From: Verrucomicrobiaceae bacterium
GTDB taxonomy: Bacteria; Verrucomicrobiota; Verrucomicrobiia; Verrucomicrobiales; Verrucomicrobiaceae
Length of the DNA: 64,000 nt
Reading direction: 5' to 3'
NCBI GenBank assembly: GCA_024232965.1
Contig: JACKQF010000005.1
Span: 249,632-313,631, forward strand
Shown here: positions 44,922 through 55,568 of the stretch, in pieces
How positions within the stretch are numbered: position 1 is the first letter of the stretch
Layout: every line of letters begins with the position of its first letter
Program-made: the position numbers and the translations under genes
Notes under the pieces: generated by a model
Seen by the model: only the letters and a program-made list of their open reading frames with translations
Database searches by the model: none
What the model was told of the DNA's origin: nothing

Positions 44922-46436
44922 CTATTTGTCGGCAGGTCCGTGCATCATTGCATAGCTGATGCCGATGATGGCCAAAGCAGCGATGATCACCCAAATCCAA
45001 ACGACTGTCGTCGCGCTAGCCACTTTGCCAGCACTCCCCTGCACACGGTCAAAGCGGCCCCGAAGGCGACCCTTGCGGAGGAAACCATCGTAATGGCTTT
45101 GCAGCAGGTGCGTTTCCACTTGGCGCATCACATCAAGAACGACGCCGACCAGAATCAAAAGGCTGGTGCCACCGAAGAACTGAGCGGTCTTTGGCGCAAT
45201 CTGCAACACACGGCTAACGATACCCGGAAGCACATAGATAATCGTCAAGAAAATCGCACCGGCGAAAGTCAGACGGCTCATCGTGAAATCGAGGAAATCG
45301 GCGGTCGGCTTCCCAGGGCGGATACCGGGAACATAGCCCCCACTCTTTTTGAGATCCTCAGCAATCTGAGTGGGTTGGAACATCGTTGCGACCCAGAAAT
45401 AGCTGAAAAAGAAAATCAATCCGGCAGAGATCGTGTAATACACCCAACCGGAGTTGATGGTCGCAGAAAAGCGCTGGACCCACTCCACGTGCGGCATCAT
45501 CGAACTCAGGATCTGCGCAGGGAAGAGCAGGATGGCCTGGGCGAAGATGATCGGCATAACGCCCGAATAGTTGATCTTGAGCGGCAGATATTGCGTCTGG
45601 CCTCCGTAAACTTTGCGTCCCACGACACGCTTGGCGTATTGAATTACGATCCTTCGCTGCGCTTCCGTCAGGGCAATCACCCCAGCAATTACGGCAATGA
45701 AAAGAGCCAAAAGCAGGACCAGCATGAAAGCTTTGCTAGGATCCGCCGTCGCACCACCGACGTAGCTTTGCCAAACCTGAACCAGGGCACCTGGCAAGGC
45801 AGAAACAATGTTGACACAAATAAGGAGAGAAACGCCGTTTCCGATCCCACGTTCAGTAATGATCTCACCCAACCACATCATGAGCATGGTGCCCGCCGTG
45901 ATCGTTACGACGGAGCTAAACACAAAGCCAAATCCGTATCCAGGCACCAGAGGTCGCCCCATCTGGTTAATGGTATCCTGAAGACCAGAAAGGAAGATGT
46001 TCTGTCCAGGATTATTCAGCGACTTCGCCAACAGATACCCCTGGAAGACGCAGAGCGCGATCGTCGCCAACCGGGTGTACTGATTGATCTTCTGGCGACC
46101 ACCATCTTCACGGGCGAGCTTGCTCAACGAAGGCACGACGGCCGTCAGTAGTTGCAGCATGATGCTGGCGCTGATGTAGGGCATGATCCCCAACGCAAAA
46201 ATTGCGCACTGCTCAAGCGCACCGCCACTGAAAACGTTCAGCAGGGCAGCAACGGCAGCGGCACCAGATTCGGAATTGGCAGTCCGGTTAGCAATCCAAG
46301 TGCGAAGCACCTCTGGATCGACACCTGGAAGAGTGATGGCAGACCCGATTCGGACGATAACAATCATCCCCAGGGTGAAGAGAATTCTCGACCGAAGTTC
46401 GGGAACTTTTAGGCTATTTGCAAAGGCGGAAATCAT
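44922..46436 (-). CDS. secY: Preprotein translocase subunit SecY
   Basis: 504 aa, 10 TM. Conserved N-terminus LRSRILFTLGMIVIVRIGSAITLPGVD. Confidence 0.9.
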   Translation of the reverse strand: MISAFANSLKVPELRSRILFTLGMIVIVRIGSAITLPGVDPEVLRTWIANRTANSESGAAAVAALLNVFSGGALEQCAIFALGIMPYISASIMLQLLTAVVPSLSKLAREDGGRQKINQYTRLATIALCVFQGYLLAKSLNNPGQNIFLSGLQDTINQMGRPLVPGYGFGFVFSSVVTITAGTMLMMWLGEIITERGIGNGVSLLICVNIVSALPGALVQVWQSYVGGATADPSKAFMLVLLLALFIAVIAGVIALTEAQRRIVIQYAKRVVGRKVYGGQTQYLPLKINYSGVMPIIFAQAILLFPAQILSSMMPHVEWVQRFSATINSGWVYYTISAGLIFFFSYFWVATMFQPTQIAEDLKKSGGYVPGIRPGKPTADFLDFTMSRLTFAGAIFLTIIYVLPGIVSRVLQIAPKTAQFFGGTSLLILVGVVLDVMRQVETHLLQSHYDGFLRKGRLRGRFDRVQGSAGKVASATTVVWIWVIIAALAIIGISYAMMHGPADK

Positions 46437-46535
46437 ATCGTAATGAACAAAAAAACGGCGGGCTTAGCCATCGTACAACCAATTAGGTTGTCAAGAGCGG
46501 CGCCCGCCGAAATTAAAGCTTAGTTTGAAACTGTC

Positions 46536-46982
46536 TCAGGAGTTCGCAATCGATCCACCTGCCTTTTCAATCTTCTCGCGGGCGGACGCACTCACGTTGC
46601 TCACAGAAACAGTGAGTTTACGGGAGAGATCGCCATTGCCAAGAATCTTGATAGCATCGCAGGTCCGATTAACGATACCTTTCTCGCGAAGGGATTCTTC
46701 GTTGACGACATCACCATCTGCGAAAGCCTTTTCAAGGGAGCTAACGTTGACGACTTCAAATTTAAGGCGGAACGCCTCGTTGCTGAAGCCCTTCTTGGGG
46801 AGGCGACGGTGAAGTGGCATCTGTCCACCCTCGAAGCCGGGGCGAATGCCCTTGCCTGCGCGGGCCTTTTGGCCCTTGTGGCCTTTACCAGAGGTCTTGC
46901 CGTGGCCGGAACTCTCTCCGCAGCCGAGGCGCTTACGGCGGTGTTTTGCTCCCGGGCGGGGTTTGACGTCGTGAAGTCTCAT
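46536..46982 (-). CDS. rplO: 50S ribosomal protein L15
   Basis: KRLGCGESSGHGKTSGKGHKGQKARAG...GFEGGQMPLHRRLPKKGF. Confidence 0.9.
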   Translation of the reverse strand: MRLHDVKPRPGAKHRRKRLGCGESSGHGKTSGKGHKGQKARAGKGIRPGFEGGQMPLHRRLPKKGFSNEAFRLKFEVVNVSSLEKAFADGDVVNEESLREKGIVNRTCDAIKILGNGDLSRKLTVSVSNVSASAREKIEKAGGSIANS

Positions 46983-47021
46983 GATCGATATAGGAAGTAT
47001 TGATTAACAGGCAAGCACCAA

Positions 47022-47549
47022 TTAGAGGGCCTTGCGTTCTTTGATTTGTTTGCCACGGGCACGAAAGATATCGTCAGGCTTACGAAGAGCTGCGAGCGCA
47101 TCCAAGGTTGCCTTCACCACGTTTGCGTGGTTGCTGGACCCAAGCGACTTGCCGATCACGTCCTTGACGCCAGCAACTTCAAGCACAGCGCGTGCACCAC
47201 CGCCAGCGATGATGCCCGTACCTGGGGAGGCTGGGCGGAGGAGGATACGGCCACCACCGTGCTCACCCACAACTTCGTGGGGGATTGTGGCGTTGATGAC
47301 GTTCACCGACCGAAGGTTTTTGCGGGAGCTTTCCGTTGCCTTCTTGATTGCATCGGAAACTTCGTTTGCCTTGCCAAACCCACACCCGACGCGACCCTGC
47401 TGGTCTCCTGCGACGACGAGGGCGCTAAAACTGAAACGACGACCACCTTTGACGACTTTGGCGCATCGGTTGATGTGCACCACTTTTTCAATCGTTTCTG
47501 GGCGTGAATCACCGAAACCTTCGGTGGAGTTATTGGAGTCTGCTGCCAT
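47022..47549 (-). CDS. rpsE: 30S ribosomal protein S5
   Basis: [42 protein letters not shown]. Confidence 0.9.
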   Translation of the reverse strand: MAADSNNSTEGFGDSRPETIEKVVHINRCAKVVKGGRRFSFSALVVAGDQQGRVGCGFGKANEVSDAIKKATESSRKNLRSVNVINATIPHEVVGEHGGGRILLRPASPGTGIIAGGGARAVLEVAGVKDVIGKSLGSSNHANVVKATLDALAALRKPDDIFRARGKQIKERKAL

Positions 47550-47570
47550 AGAATAAGGGACGAGTACGAA

Positions 47571-47927
47571 TTAGAATTTCAGGCCCTTTTCACGGGCAGC
47601 ATCGGCGAGGGCTTTCACCTTGCCATGGTAGAAGAAACCGCCGCGGTCAAAAACGACGGCTGAAACGTTTGCGGCGACTGCTCGCTCTGCGACAGCCTGC
47701 CCGACCTTGGTCGCACTTGCGACGTTGGCACCCTTGCCATCAAAGCCTTTTTCCTTGGTGGAAGCAGAGCAAATGGTCAGGCCCTTATCGTCGTCGATAA
47801 GCTGGGCGTAAACGTTCTGGTTGGAAAAATTAACAGCAAGGCGAGGGCGCTCAGCCGTACCACGCACCTTCTTACGAATGCGGACACGAATGCTGCTGCG
47901 GATTTGTTTGCGGCTTTTATCGGCCAT
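47571..47927 (-). CDS. rplR: 50S ribosomal protein L18
   Basis: [31 protein letters not shown]. Confidence 0.9.
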   Translation of the reverse strand: MADKSRKQIRSSIRVRIRKKVRGTAERPRLAVNFSNQNVYAQLIDDDKGLTICSASTKEKGFDGKGANVASATKVGQAVAERAVAANVSAVVFDRGGFFYHGKVKALADAAREKGLKF

Positions 47928-47957
47928 GATGGGTCTCCTAAAGAAAGTTGAGTTGGA

Positions 47958-48497
47958 TTATTTGACGCTCTTACCAGCCTTGCGGCGGACGTGTTCACCG
48001 GCATAACGGACACCCTTGCCCTTATAAGGTTCTGGTGGGTAGTAAGCCCGGATATCAGCAGCCAGTTGGCCGACGATCTGCTTGTCGATGCCTTCGATGG
48101 CAATCTTGGTATTGTCCGTGACCGTCACCTTCACGCCATCCGGGATTGGATGAAGTCGTGGATGAGACTGGCCAAGGTTGAGGTCGATGTCCGTCCCCTT
48201 GACGGCAGCACGAAAGCCGACGCCCTGGATTTCAAGGTCCTTGCGGAAACCTTGGCTGACGCCTGTCACCATATTCACGAGGAGACGTTGCGTTGTGCCG
48301 TGCATAGCACGCACCGTGCGCTCTTCATTGAGGCGAGTGACGAGAAGCTCCGAACCTTCGGTCTTGACTTCAACGTTTTCCGGAAGGGTCCAGTTGAGTT
48401 TGCCCTTTGGGCCTTCGACTAGGACGCTACGGTCTGCGCCAATCTTGACGCTGACTTTGTCCGGGATACTGATGGGTTGTTTTCCGACGCGAGACAT
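47958..48497 (-). CDS. rplF: 50S ribosomal protein L6
   Basis: MSRVGKQPISIPDKVSVKI...two L6 repeats. Confidence 0.9.
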   Translation of the reverse strand: MSRVGKQPISIPDKVSVKIGADRSVLVEGPKGKLNWTLPENVEVKTEGSELLVTRLNEERTVRAMHGTTQRLLVNMVTGVSQGFRKDLEIQGVGFRAAVKGTDIDLNLGQSHPRLHPIPDGVKVTVTDNTKIAIEGIDKQIVGQLAADIRAYYPPEPYKGKGVRYAGEHVRRKAGKSVK

Positions 48498-48514
48498 GAT
48501 TTAGATTCTCCAGG

Positions 48515-48904
48515 TTACCAGACGGTTGCGAGAAGTTCACCACCGACCTTAGCCTTGCGAGCGCCAGTGCCCGTCATGAGACCACGTGAGGTGGAAAGGA
48601 TTGAAACACCGAGGCCGCCAAGAACGCGTGGAATTTCATCCACGGAGACGTACTTGCGAAGACCTGGCTTGCTGATTCGCTGAAGTTTCCGGATCACGGG
48701 AACGCGGTCTTGATACTTCAGTTTCAGCTTGAGGCGTGGGTGTGTCTCAGAAGTGTCCACTTCATAAGACCAGATGTATCCCTCTTCTTGAAGGATGCGG
48801 CTCAGTTCCGACTTCATTTTGGAGAACGGAGCATAGACGTCTTGCAAACCAGCCTGGCTGGCGTTGCGAATACGGGTGAGGAAATCAGCGATGGGATCGG
48901 TCAT
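48515..48904 (-). CDS. rpsH: 30S ribosomal protein S8
   Basis: MTDPIADFLTRIRNASQAG. Confidence 0.9.
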   Translation of the reverse strand: MTDPIADFLTRIRNASQAGLQDVYAPFSKMKSELSRILQEEGYIWSYEVDTSETHPRLKLKLKYQDRVPVIRKLQRISKPGLRKYVSVDEIPRVLGGLGVSILSTSRGLMTGTGARKAKVGGELLATVW

Positions 48905-48922
48905 GGCGCTGGGTGCGAGGGG

Positions 48923-49516
48923 TTAGGATTGCGCCGCGTTTTCGCCGTTTGAGGCGTCCGCTTTGGGCTGAGTGCGGGTCCGGAATGGCATGCCGAGCGC
49001 AGAGAGAAGCTCACGCGCATGGTCATCATTGTTTGTTGAGGTCACGAATGTGATGTCAAAACCCAGCGTGCGCTTGATTTTGTCCAATTCGATTTCTGGA
49101 AAGATCGACTGATCGGTAACCCCAAGTGTGTAGTTACCACGGCCGTCGAAAGCGCGAGGCGCGACACCACGGAAGTCACGAATACGTGGGACTGCGGTGC
49201 GAACCAAGCGCAGCATGAAGTCATACATGCGACGGCCACGGAGGGTCACCTTGGTTCCAACGGGTTCACCGGCACGCAACTTGAAGTTGGCGATGGCTTT
49301 TTTGCTCATCGTGATCACCGGTTTCTGGCCGGTAATCAGCGCCATCTCGGAGACAGCATCTTCCATTGCCTGTTTCCGCTCTCCCTGGGAGCCGACGGAG
49401 CAGTTGAGGACGATCTTTTCAAGCTTGGGCACTTGGTGTACGTTCTTCAGCGCAAGCTTTTCTTTGAGCTCCGAACGGACCTTGGTTTCGTAATGTGTCT
49501 TTAACAGGGGTTCCAT
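48923..49516 (-). CDS. rplE: 50S ribosomal protein L5 (slightly extended C-terminus)
   Basis: LKNVHQVPKLEKIVLNCSVG...FRGRRMYDF. Only 18 nt separate it from rpsH, so there is no S14 gene. Confidence 0.9.
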   Translation of the reverse strand: MEPLLKTHYETKVRSELKEKLALKNVHQVPKLEKIVLNCSVGSQGERKQAMEDAVSEMALITGQKPVITMSKKAIANFKLRAGEPVGTKVTLRGRRMYDFMLRLVRTAVPRIRDFRGVAPRAFDGRGNYTLGVTDQSIFPEIELDKIKRTLGFDITFVTSTNNDDHARELLSALGMPFRTRTQPKADASNGENAAQS

Positions 49517-49598
49517 GATATTCTTGTTTTGCGTCGCCTTTACCCTACGGCTTGTGAGTGTTCACAAACGGTGGCAGGGGGGGAGACAATTTGTCCAA

Positions 49599-49880
49599 CT
49601 ACTTCTTGCTGGCAACTTTCTTCTTTGTTTTCTTTGGCTCGGCCTTCACTTCCACACGTTTGACGTTGGAAATGTGGATCGGGCCCTCTTTTTCAATGAT
49701 GCCACCCTGCTGACGCTCCTGGCTTGGGCGGACGGCTTTCTTGATCATGCGGACGCCCTCAATAAGGACGCGACCTTTTCCGGGTTGCACTTCCAAGACT
49801 GTTCCTTGGGCTCCCTTGGCGGCTCCGCTCGTGACCTGCACGAGATCACCTTTTCTGACGTGGGTTTTGATTCGGCTCAT
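49599..49880 (-). CDS. rplX: 50S ribosomal protein L24
   Basis: [27 protein letters not shown]. Confidence 0.85.
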   Translation of the reverse strand: MSRIKTHVRKGDLVQVTSGAAKGAQGTVLEVQPGKGRVLIEGVRMIKKAVRPSQERQQGGIIEKEGPIHISNVKRVEVKAEPKKTKKKVASKK

Positions 49881-50245
49881 AGCACTTCTGGGGCGAGGGA
49901 AACGATCTTCATGAAGTTTTTGTCGCGCAGCTCACGAGCTACTGGCCCGAAAATGCGGCTGCCGCGCGGATTGTTGTCTTTGTCGATGATCACAATGGCG
50001 TTGCGATCAAAGCGAAGCACCGAGCCGTCGCTGCGGCGGATTGGATAGGCAGTGCGAACTACGACTGCGCGGACCACCTCACCCTTCTTGACGGCAGCGG
50101 TTGGTGTCGATTCGCGAACGTGGGCAGTGATGATATCACCGACCACGGCGATGCGGGTGTTTTTCTTGCCGAGCACGCCAATCATCTTGGCCATGCGGGC
50201 GCCGGTGTTGTCTGCCACCAGCAATGCGGATTCCATCTGTACCAT
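49877..50245 (-). CDS. rplN: 50S ribosomal protein L14
   Basis: [17 protein letters not shown]... Confidence 0.9.
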   Translation of the reverse strand: MVQMESALLVADNTGARMAKMIGVLGKKNTRIAVVGDIITAHVRESTPTAAVKKGEVVRAVVVRTAYPIRRSDGSVLRFDRNAIVIIDKDNNPRGSRIFGPVARELRDKNFMKIVSLAPEVL

Positions 50246-50301
50246 GAGATATTCTTCCTCTTGTTGTTCTTGAGTTTTTCTAATCGACCGGAAAACCGGT
50301 G

Positions 50302-50589
50302 TTAATGGGAAAGAATCTCCTCCAAGCGCCAGCGCTTCAGCTTGCTCAGCGGGCGTGTTTCGGTGATGCGGACCTTATCGCCGATCTTTGCCTCTTCCTT
50401 CTCGTCATGAGCATGGAATCGGCTGGAGCGACGAACGATCTTCTTGAACTTTGGATGCGGAACGCGGCGCTCGACTTCGACAACAATCGTCTTGTTCATC
50501 TTGTCAGAGACGACCACGCCGACGCGTGTCTTCCGGAGGGAAGCGCGTTGACTGTCAGTCTGGGGGGCGGTTGTGGACTCGTCGCTCAT
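50302..50589 (-). CDS. rpsQ: 30S ribosomal protein S17
   Basis: [32 protein letters not shown]. Confidence 0.85.
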   Translation of the reverse strand: MSDESTTAPQTDSQRASLRKTRVGVVVSDKMNKTIVVEVERRVPHPKFKKIVRRSSRFHAHDEKEEAKIGDKVRITETRPLSKLKRWRLEEILSH

Positions 50590-50627
50590 GGGTCTAAAAG
50601 AGGGATGGTATGTCTAATGGGGTGCAC

Positions 50628-50825
50628 TCAGGCGGTTTTTTGGGCCCGCTCGTTGATTAGAGTGCGCATGCGGGCGATTTCACGACGCAGCACAGTGAGT
50701 CGGGCGGGGTTTTCGAGCTGACCGCTCTGCTGCTGCATGCGGAGATGGACGGTTTCCAACTTCAGTTCGCGACAACGGTTGTTGAGTTCCTCAACAGAGA
50801 GTTCGCGCAATTCTTTGATTTTCAT
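50628..50825 (-). CDS. rpmC: 50S ribosomal protein L29
   Basis: MKIKELRELSVEELNNRCRELKLETVHLRMQ. Confidence 0.85.
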   Translation of the reverse strand: MKIKELRELSVEELNNRCRELKLETVHLRMQQQSGQLENPARLTVLRREIARMRTLINERAQKTA

Positions 50826-50846
50826 GACAGGAGTTGCAGCAGGAGG

Positions 50847-51266
50847 TTAGTGAGTGGAAGCACGTGTAACGAAACGCGTGCGAAGCCCCATTTTGTTGGC
50901 GGCCAGACGGCACGCTTCACGAGCAGTAGCCTCGTTAACGCCGGAGATTTCAAACAGCATGTGGCCAGGGAGAACAACAGCGACCCAGAACTCTGGGGAG
51001 CCCTTACCCTTACCCATACGAGTTTCTGGCGGGCGCGCAGTCACTGGCTTGTGAGGGAAGATGCGAATAAACACCTTACCCTTACGCTTGAGGTAACGGG
51101 TGATCGCAACACGGCAGGCTTCGATCTGGTTGTTCTTGATCCAACCGCGATCAAGCGTTTGGAGTCCGAACTCGCCGAAGTCGAGCTTGTTGCCGCGGCT
51201 AGCGGTGCCCGCGCGACTGCCGCGCTGGGACTTGCGGTATTTGGTGCGACTAGGAAGAAGAGCCAT
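50847..51266 (-). CDS. rplP: 50S ribosomal protein L16
   Basis: [20 protein letters not shown]... Confidence 0.9.
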   Translation of the reverse strand: MALLPSRTKYRKSQRGSRAGTASRGNKLDFGEFGLQTLDRGWIKNNQIEACRVAITRYLKRKGKVFIRIFPHKPVTARPPETRMGKGKGSPEFWVAVVLPGHMLFEISGVNEATAREACRLAANKMGLRTRFVTRASTH

Positions 51267-51305
51267 GATCTAAAAGAGCTAAAGTGAGTTGCTATAAAAA
51301 CGGTT

Positions 51306-52106
51306 TTATTGAGCCGCTGGAACTGCTGAGGGCGCAGGAGTTGGTGCGGCAGCTTCGCCACCCTGACTACCACCGCCACGACTGCCGCCGCGGAAATCAC
51401 CCCGACCGGCACCACGATTGTTATCACGTGGACCACGCTCACGGCGACGGTCCGACTGAGGACGTGTCGCACCGCCTTCGATGGCAGCGGAGGCATTGAG
51501 CCAGACCTTCACACCAATGATCCCGTAAACGGTGCGTGCTTCTGCGAAACCGTAGTCGATGGGGATGCGGAGAGTCTGAAGAGGCACTTTACCAAGTCGA
51601 TACCACTCAGCACGAGCAATGTCTGCTCCACCAAGACGGCCTGCACAACGGATACGGATGCCTTCAGCGCCGGCTTCCATGGCCGTCTGCACGGCACGCT
51701 TCATGGCGCGGCGGAAAGAAATACGGCGCTCAAGCTGAACAGCAACAGTCTCCGCAACCAACTGAGCATCCAAATCGGAGTGCTTAATTTCAAAGATGTC
51801 GATCTTGACCTGGCGGCCTCCGCACATCTCGGAGATCTTCTGGCTCATCACATCGATTTCCTGACCCTTGCGGCCAATCACAAGACCCGGACGTGCCGTG
51901 TGTAGGGTGACGCGAACGAGGTTCCATGCGCGCTCGATGACGATCTTGGCAACTGCGGCTGTGGAGAGCTTGTCCTTGAGGAACTTGCGGATAGCGAGGT
52001 CGCTGTGAAGCGAGTCTGCGTATTCTTTCTCAGGTGCGTACCACTTGGAGCGCCAGTCTTTGGAGACTGCGAGGCGGAAGCCGATTGGATTGACTTTTTG
52101 TCCCAT
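51306..52106 (-). CDS. rpsC: 30S ribosomal protein S3 with an RGG/Ala-Pro-rich C-terminal extension
   Basis: MGQKVNPIGFRLAVSKDWRSKWYA...KH domain. Tail RGAGRGDFRGGSRGGGSQGGEAAAPTPAPS. Confidence 0.9.
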   Translation of the reverse strand: MGQKVNPIGFRLAVSKDWRSKWYAPEKEYADSLHSDLAIRKFLKDKLSTAAVAKIVIERAWNLVRVTLHTARPGLVIGRKGQEIDVMSQKISEMCGGRQVKIDIFEIKHSDLDAQLVAETVAVQLERRISFRRAMKRAVQTAMEAGAEGIRIRCAGRLGGADIARAEWYRLGKVPLQTLRIPIDYGFAEARTVYGIIGVKVWLNASAAIEGGATRPQSDRRRERGPRDNNRGAGRGDFRGGSRGGGSQGGEAAAPTPAPSAVPAAQ

Positions 52107-52141
52107 TGGATGTGGAGGGGTGGGGTGAGTTAAGGAAAGGG

Positions 52142-52618
52142 TTATTCAGCGGCTTCGTCAGCCTTTTTCTTGCGCGGAGCGCGCTTTGGCTTTGCTTCAC
52201 CAGCATCCGCTTTCGCAGGAGTCTTGGCTTTAGCGGCCTTCTTGCCCGGAGCAGCCTTCTTCTCGCCCTCTTCTTCGCCTTCAGCATCTGGGGCACCGAT
52301 CACCACAGTGATGTGGCTGAGGCGCTTTTTGATGCTAGCGGCGGAACCACGAGCACGTGGCATGAAGCGGCTGAGTGATGGCCCAGGAGTCGCCACTGCT
52401 GAGCGAACAACGAACTCCTCTGCGTCCAGTTGATGGTTATTCTCTGCATTCGCAATTGCGGTGCGGAGGACCTTCCCCACGAGGGAGGCGGCCTTTTTCG
52501 GGGTGAAATCAAGGACGCTGAGAGCCTGAGAAACTGGCATGCCGGTAATGGCACGCGTCACTTGACGGGCTTTTTGCGATGAGATACGGGCGTATTTGTG
52601 AACGGAACGCACTTCCAT
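52142..52618 (-). CDS. rplV: 50S ribosomal protein L22 with a Lys/Ala-rich C-terminal extension
   Basis: MEVRSVHKYARISSQKARQVTRAITGMPVSQALSVL...tail GEKKAAPGKKAAKAKTPAKADAGEAKPKRAPRKKK. Confidence 0.9.
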   Translation of the reverse strand: MEVRSVHKYARISSQKARQVTRAITGMPVSQALSVLDFTPKKAASLVGKVLRTAIANAENNHQLDAEEFVVRSAVATPGPSLSRFMPRARGSAASIKKRLSHITVVIGAPDAEGEEEGEKKAAPGKKAAKAKTPAKADAGEAKPKRAPRKKKADEAAE

Positions 52619-52628
52619 AAGAGTCTGC

Positions 52629-53420
52629 TTAGAATGAACTGGTGGCTTCTACCTTTCCGCGGTCTCCGACGCGGACGGTGTCCGCAGCGTTGACTGGATC
52701 CTGAACGACGGCGCCACAAACTGAGTTGCGCACGTCGGATACGAGGACCCGCGCGATGGGCTGGTCCTCCCTATAAATTGTGAATGGCATGCCGGGCTTC
52801 ACGCCATCGCGAACTCCGACATTGAGAACTACAATGCCGTACTCTGGCTTTAGGCTAACGATGCGGGCCTGACCCATGTCCATCGGGGCAGCTTGCGCTG
52901 AACCAGTGCCCGCCTGAATTGTTGCCTCAGCTGCCGAGATAGCTTTTTGCAAGCGAGCTGCTGCGTCCGCATTGGCACCTTGTGCGCTACTACCAAACTG
53001 CAGTGCCGCCTCACTTAGCTCCAAGAGCTGCTCAGCTAGTCTATTCTTTTGGGATTCTACCAAACGCAAGTCAGATAAAGCGGATAACAAGCGATCCTGA
53101 GTCTGATCAACATTGTTTTCCAGAGCACCAATCCCTAGCGCCTCAAGCAGACCGCGGAGACGCTCATAGCGTTCCTTGTAGTCATTGGATTCGGCGTTAG
53201 CCGCAGCAGCACTTTGGGTGAGTGCGTTAACCTTTTCCTCTGCTGCCTTGGCCCTTGTCTCAAGGCCTTGGATGCGTGCATCAGCAACCTCAAGGGTCGT
53301 CTTGAGCTCAAGGACTTCAATCCGAGCGTCACCCCCTTGCGCAATGGCGCGACCAGCCACCATACCTGCCATGAGCAGGAATGCGGAGGTAATGCGGATT
53401 GCGTTAGGTTTGGGCGACAT
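52629..53420 (-). CDS. Secreted coiled-coil protein of unknown function, inserted inside the S10 ribosomal operon between rpsS and rplV
   Basis: 263 aa. Signal peptide (ITSAFLLMAGMVAGRAIAQG). ~150 aa of A/E/L-rich coiled coil. Compact C-terminal beta domain (YGIVVLNVGVRDGVKPGMPFTIYREDQPIARVLVSDV). 10-nt and 24-nt gaps to the flanking ribosomal genes. Confidence 0.6.
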   Translation of the reverse strand: MSPKPNAIRITSAFLLMAGMVAGRAIAQGGDARIEVLELKTTLEVADARIQGLETRAKAAEEKVNALTQSAAAANAESNDYKERYERLRGLLEALGIGALENNVDQTQDRLLSALSDLRLVESQKNRLAEQLLELSEAALQFGSSAQGANADAAARLQKAISAAEATIQAGTGSAQAAPMDMGQARIVSLKPEYGIVVLNVGVRDGVKPGMPFTIYREDQPIARVLVSDVRNSVCGAVVQDPVNAADTVRVGDRGKVEATSSF

Positions 53421-53444
53421 TCGGGTATCCTTGGCCTTTGAAGA

Positions 53445-53723
53445 TTACTTGGCAGCCTTGACGGTGTGGGAACCGTGGGACTTGAACAGACGGGTCAACG
53501 AAAACTCGCCCAGGCGGTGGCCGACCATGTTTTCCGTCACATAGACGCTGACGAAATCCTTGCCGTTGTGAACGAGGAAGGTGTGACCAACCAGATCAGG
53601 GGTGATCATTGAGCTGCGTGCCCAGGTCTTGATAGGGCGTTTGGAGCCTGTTTCGTTCATCTTGTCCACCTTATCGAGGAGGGCTTGTTGGACGAAGGGT
53701 CCTTTTTTGAGTGAGCGTCCCAT
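53445..53723 (-). CDS. rpsS: 30S ribosomal protein S19
   Basis: [19 protein letters not shown]... Confidence 0.9.
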   Translation of the reverse strand: MGRSLKKGPFVQQALLDKVDKMNETGSKRPIKTWARSSMITPDLVGHTFLVHNGKDFVSVYVTENMVGHRLGEFSLTRLFKSHGSHTVKAAK

Positions 53724-53775
53724 GATGTGTAGCTTTGGGTAGGGTTCGGGTAAGGGATGTTAAAGTCAGCGAGGA

Positions 53776-54615
53776 CTATTTCTTGGCATTACGGCCCTGA
53801 ACAATTAACTTGTTAGTCGCCTTCTTCGGATTGCGGGTCTTCTGGCCTTTGACGTGACCCCATGGGCTCTTCAAATGCTGACGACCACCACCGGACTTGG
53901 AACGACCTTCACCTCCTCCGTTGGGGTGATCAATCGGGTTCATCGTCATACCGCGAACGGTCGGACGCACGCCCAGCCAGCGAGTGCGACCAGCTTTACC
54001 GCTCTGGATATTCATGTGGTCAGTGTTTCCGACCTTACCCACAGTGGCGTAGCAGTCTGCGTGAATCTTGCGAATCTCACCAGATGGCATACGAACAAGG
54101 GCGTATGTGCCTTCGCGGTTAGAAAGGATAGCCTCTTGACCAGCAGCACGTGCCACCTGACCACCGCGACCCTTGCGGATCTCAATGTTGTGGATAGCCG
54201 TCCCAAGCGGGATCTTGCGAAGCGGAAGGGCGTTGCCAAGGTCAGGCGCTGCTTTCTCACCAGACATGACGGAGGCGCCGACAGCAAGATTATTTGGGGC
54301 CAGAATGTAGCTACGCTGACCATCCTTGTATTCGATGAGCGCAATGCGCGCAGAACGGTTCGGATCGTATTCGATACCGATGACCTTTGCCGCCTCGTCG
54401 TGACGTTGGCGTTTGAAGTCAATTAACCGATAGCGGCGGTCATGACCACCTCCCATATGACGGCAGGTGATTCTTCCGGTGTTGTTGCGTCCACCGCTGC
54501 GACGAAGCGCAACAGTGAGGCTTTTTTCCGGAGAGTCCTTGGTCACCTCGTCAAAGGTTGACCATTGCTTGTAGCGGTTGGACGGAGTGTTTGGTTTGAA
54601 TGTTTTCAGCGCCAT
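53776..54615 (-). CDS. rplB: 50S ribosomal protein L2
   Basis: [15 protein letters not shown]...[21 protein letters not shown]. Confidence 0.9.
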   Translation of the reverse strand: MALKTFKPNTPSNRYKQWSTFDEVTKDSPEKSLTVALRRSGGRNNTGRITCRHMGGGHDRRYRLIDFKRQRHDEAAKVIGIEYDPNRSARIALIEYKDGQRSYILAPNNLAVGASVMSGEKAAPDLGNALPLRKIPLGTAIHNIEIRKGRGGQVARAAGQEAILSNREGTYALVRMPSGEIRKIHADCYATVGKVGNTDHMNIQSGKAGRTRWLGVRPTVRGMTMNPIDHPNGGGEGRSKSGGGRQHLKSPWGHVKGQKTRNPKKATNKLIVQGRNAKK

Positions 54616-54656
54616 GGCGGTCGCGGGGCTAGACTTTTAAAAGCCGGTTCCTAAGA

Positions 54657-54941
54657 TTAAACGAGATCGATCTTTTCACCGCTTTTCAGGCGGACAAAAG
54701 CTTTCTTCCAATGATTAGTGCGTCCGAAGTCGGCGCGACGTTCACGCTTCTTCTTACCAAAGAAGTTGGCGGTGCGCACTGCTTCGACCTTCTTGCCGAA
54801 GATCTTTTCCACGGCCTGCTGGATTTCCAGTTTGTTAGCCTTGGGATCCACAACGAACACGTATTCGTTGTTAGTCTCACTGAGGCGGGTAGCCTTCTCA
54901 CTGAGACGGATGGTTTTGATCACTGAGTAAAGATCTTTCAT
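54657..54941 (-). CDS. rplW: 50S ribosomal protein L23
   Basis: LYSVIKTIRLSEKATRLSETNNEYVFVVD. Confidence 0.85.
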   Translation of the reverse strand: MKDLYSVIKTIRLSEKATRLSETNNEYVFVVDPKANKLEIQQAVEKIFGKKVEAVRTANFFGKKKRERRADFGRTNHWKKAFVRLKSGEKIDLV

Positions 54942-54943
54942 GT

Positions 54944-55549
54944 TCAGGCAGTCCTCCGTGCGAGGGTTTCAATTGCTTCGGAAGTGAGCAACACCTTGTC
55001 GTAAGCGAGGAGGTGCTCGGAGTTCACTTCGCTAGCAGAAATAAGTTGAACGTTCTGGACGTTGCGAGCGGAGCGGAAGGTCGTTTCGTCGAAAGTTCCG
55101 ACGATCAAGATCTTCTTACCCTCGGTCAGTGCATTGACAGCGCTAACGAAGCTCTTCGTTTTGCCGTCAGCAACGCTGAAGGACTGAATATCAAAGACGC
55201 TACCATCACGGATGCGACCTGTGAGTGCGGTGCGAAGCGCCAACTTGCGGACGTTCTTCGGGATCTTCTTGGAGTAGTCACGCGGACGAGGTCCGAAAAC
55301 GACACCACCACCACTGAAGATGGGGGAGCGGACGGAGCCCATACGAGCGCGGCCAGTACCTTTTTGATTCCAGAGCTTCTTACCGCTGCCGGAGACCTCG
55401 GAGCGATTCTTGGTGCAAGCGGTGCCAGAACGACGGTTGGCGCGGTAGGCGACCAACGTGTCAGCGAGGGCTTGGGAACCCTGGTAGCCGTCAACCAGAT
55501 TGATGCTGGCGGAGCGGGCGGATTCGATGGAAAGAGCTGTTGCAGGCAT
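54944..55549 (-). CDS. rplD: 50S ribosomal protein L4
   Basis: KKLWNQKGTGRARMGSVRSPIFSGGGVVFGPRPR. Confidence 0.9.
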   Translation of the reverse strand: MPATALSIESARSASINLVDGYQGSQALADTLVAYRANRRSGTACTKNRSEVSGSGKKLWNQKGTGRARMGSVRSPIFSGGGVVFGPRPRDYSKKIPKNVRKLALRTALTGRIRDGSVFDIQSFSVADGKTKSFVSAVNALTEGKKILIVGTFDETTFRSARNVQNVQLISASEVNSEHLLAYDKVLLTSEAIETLARRTA

Positions 55550-55568
55550 GTTATGTTTCCTCCTTCAG

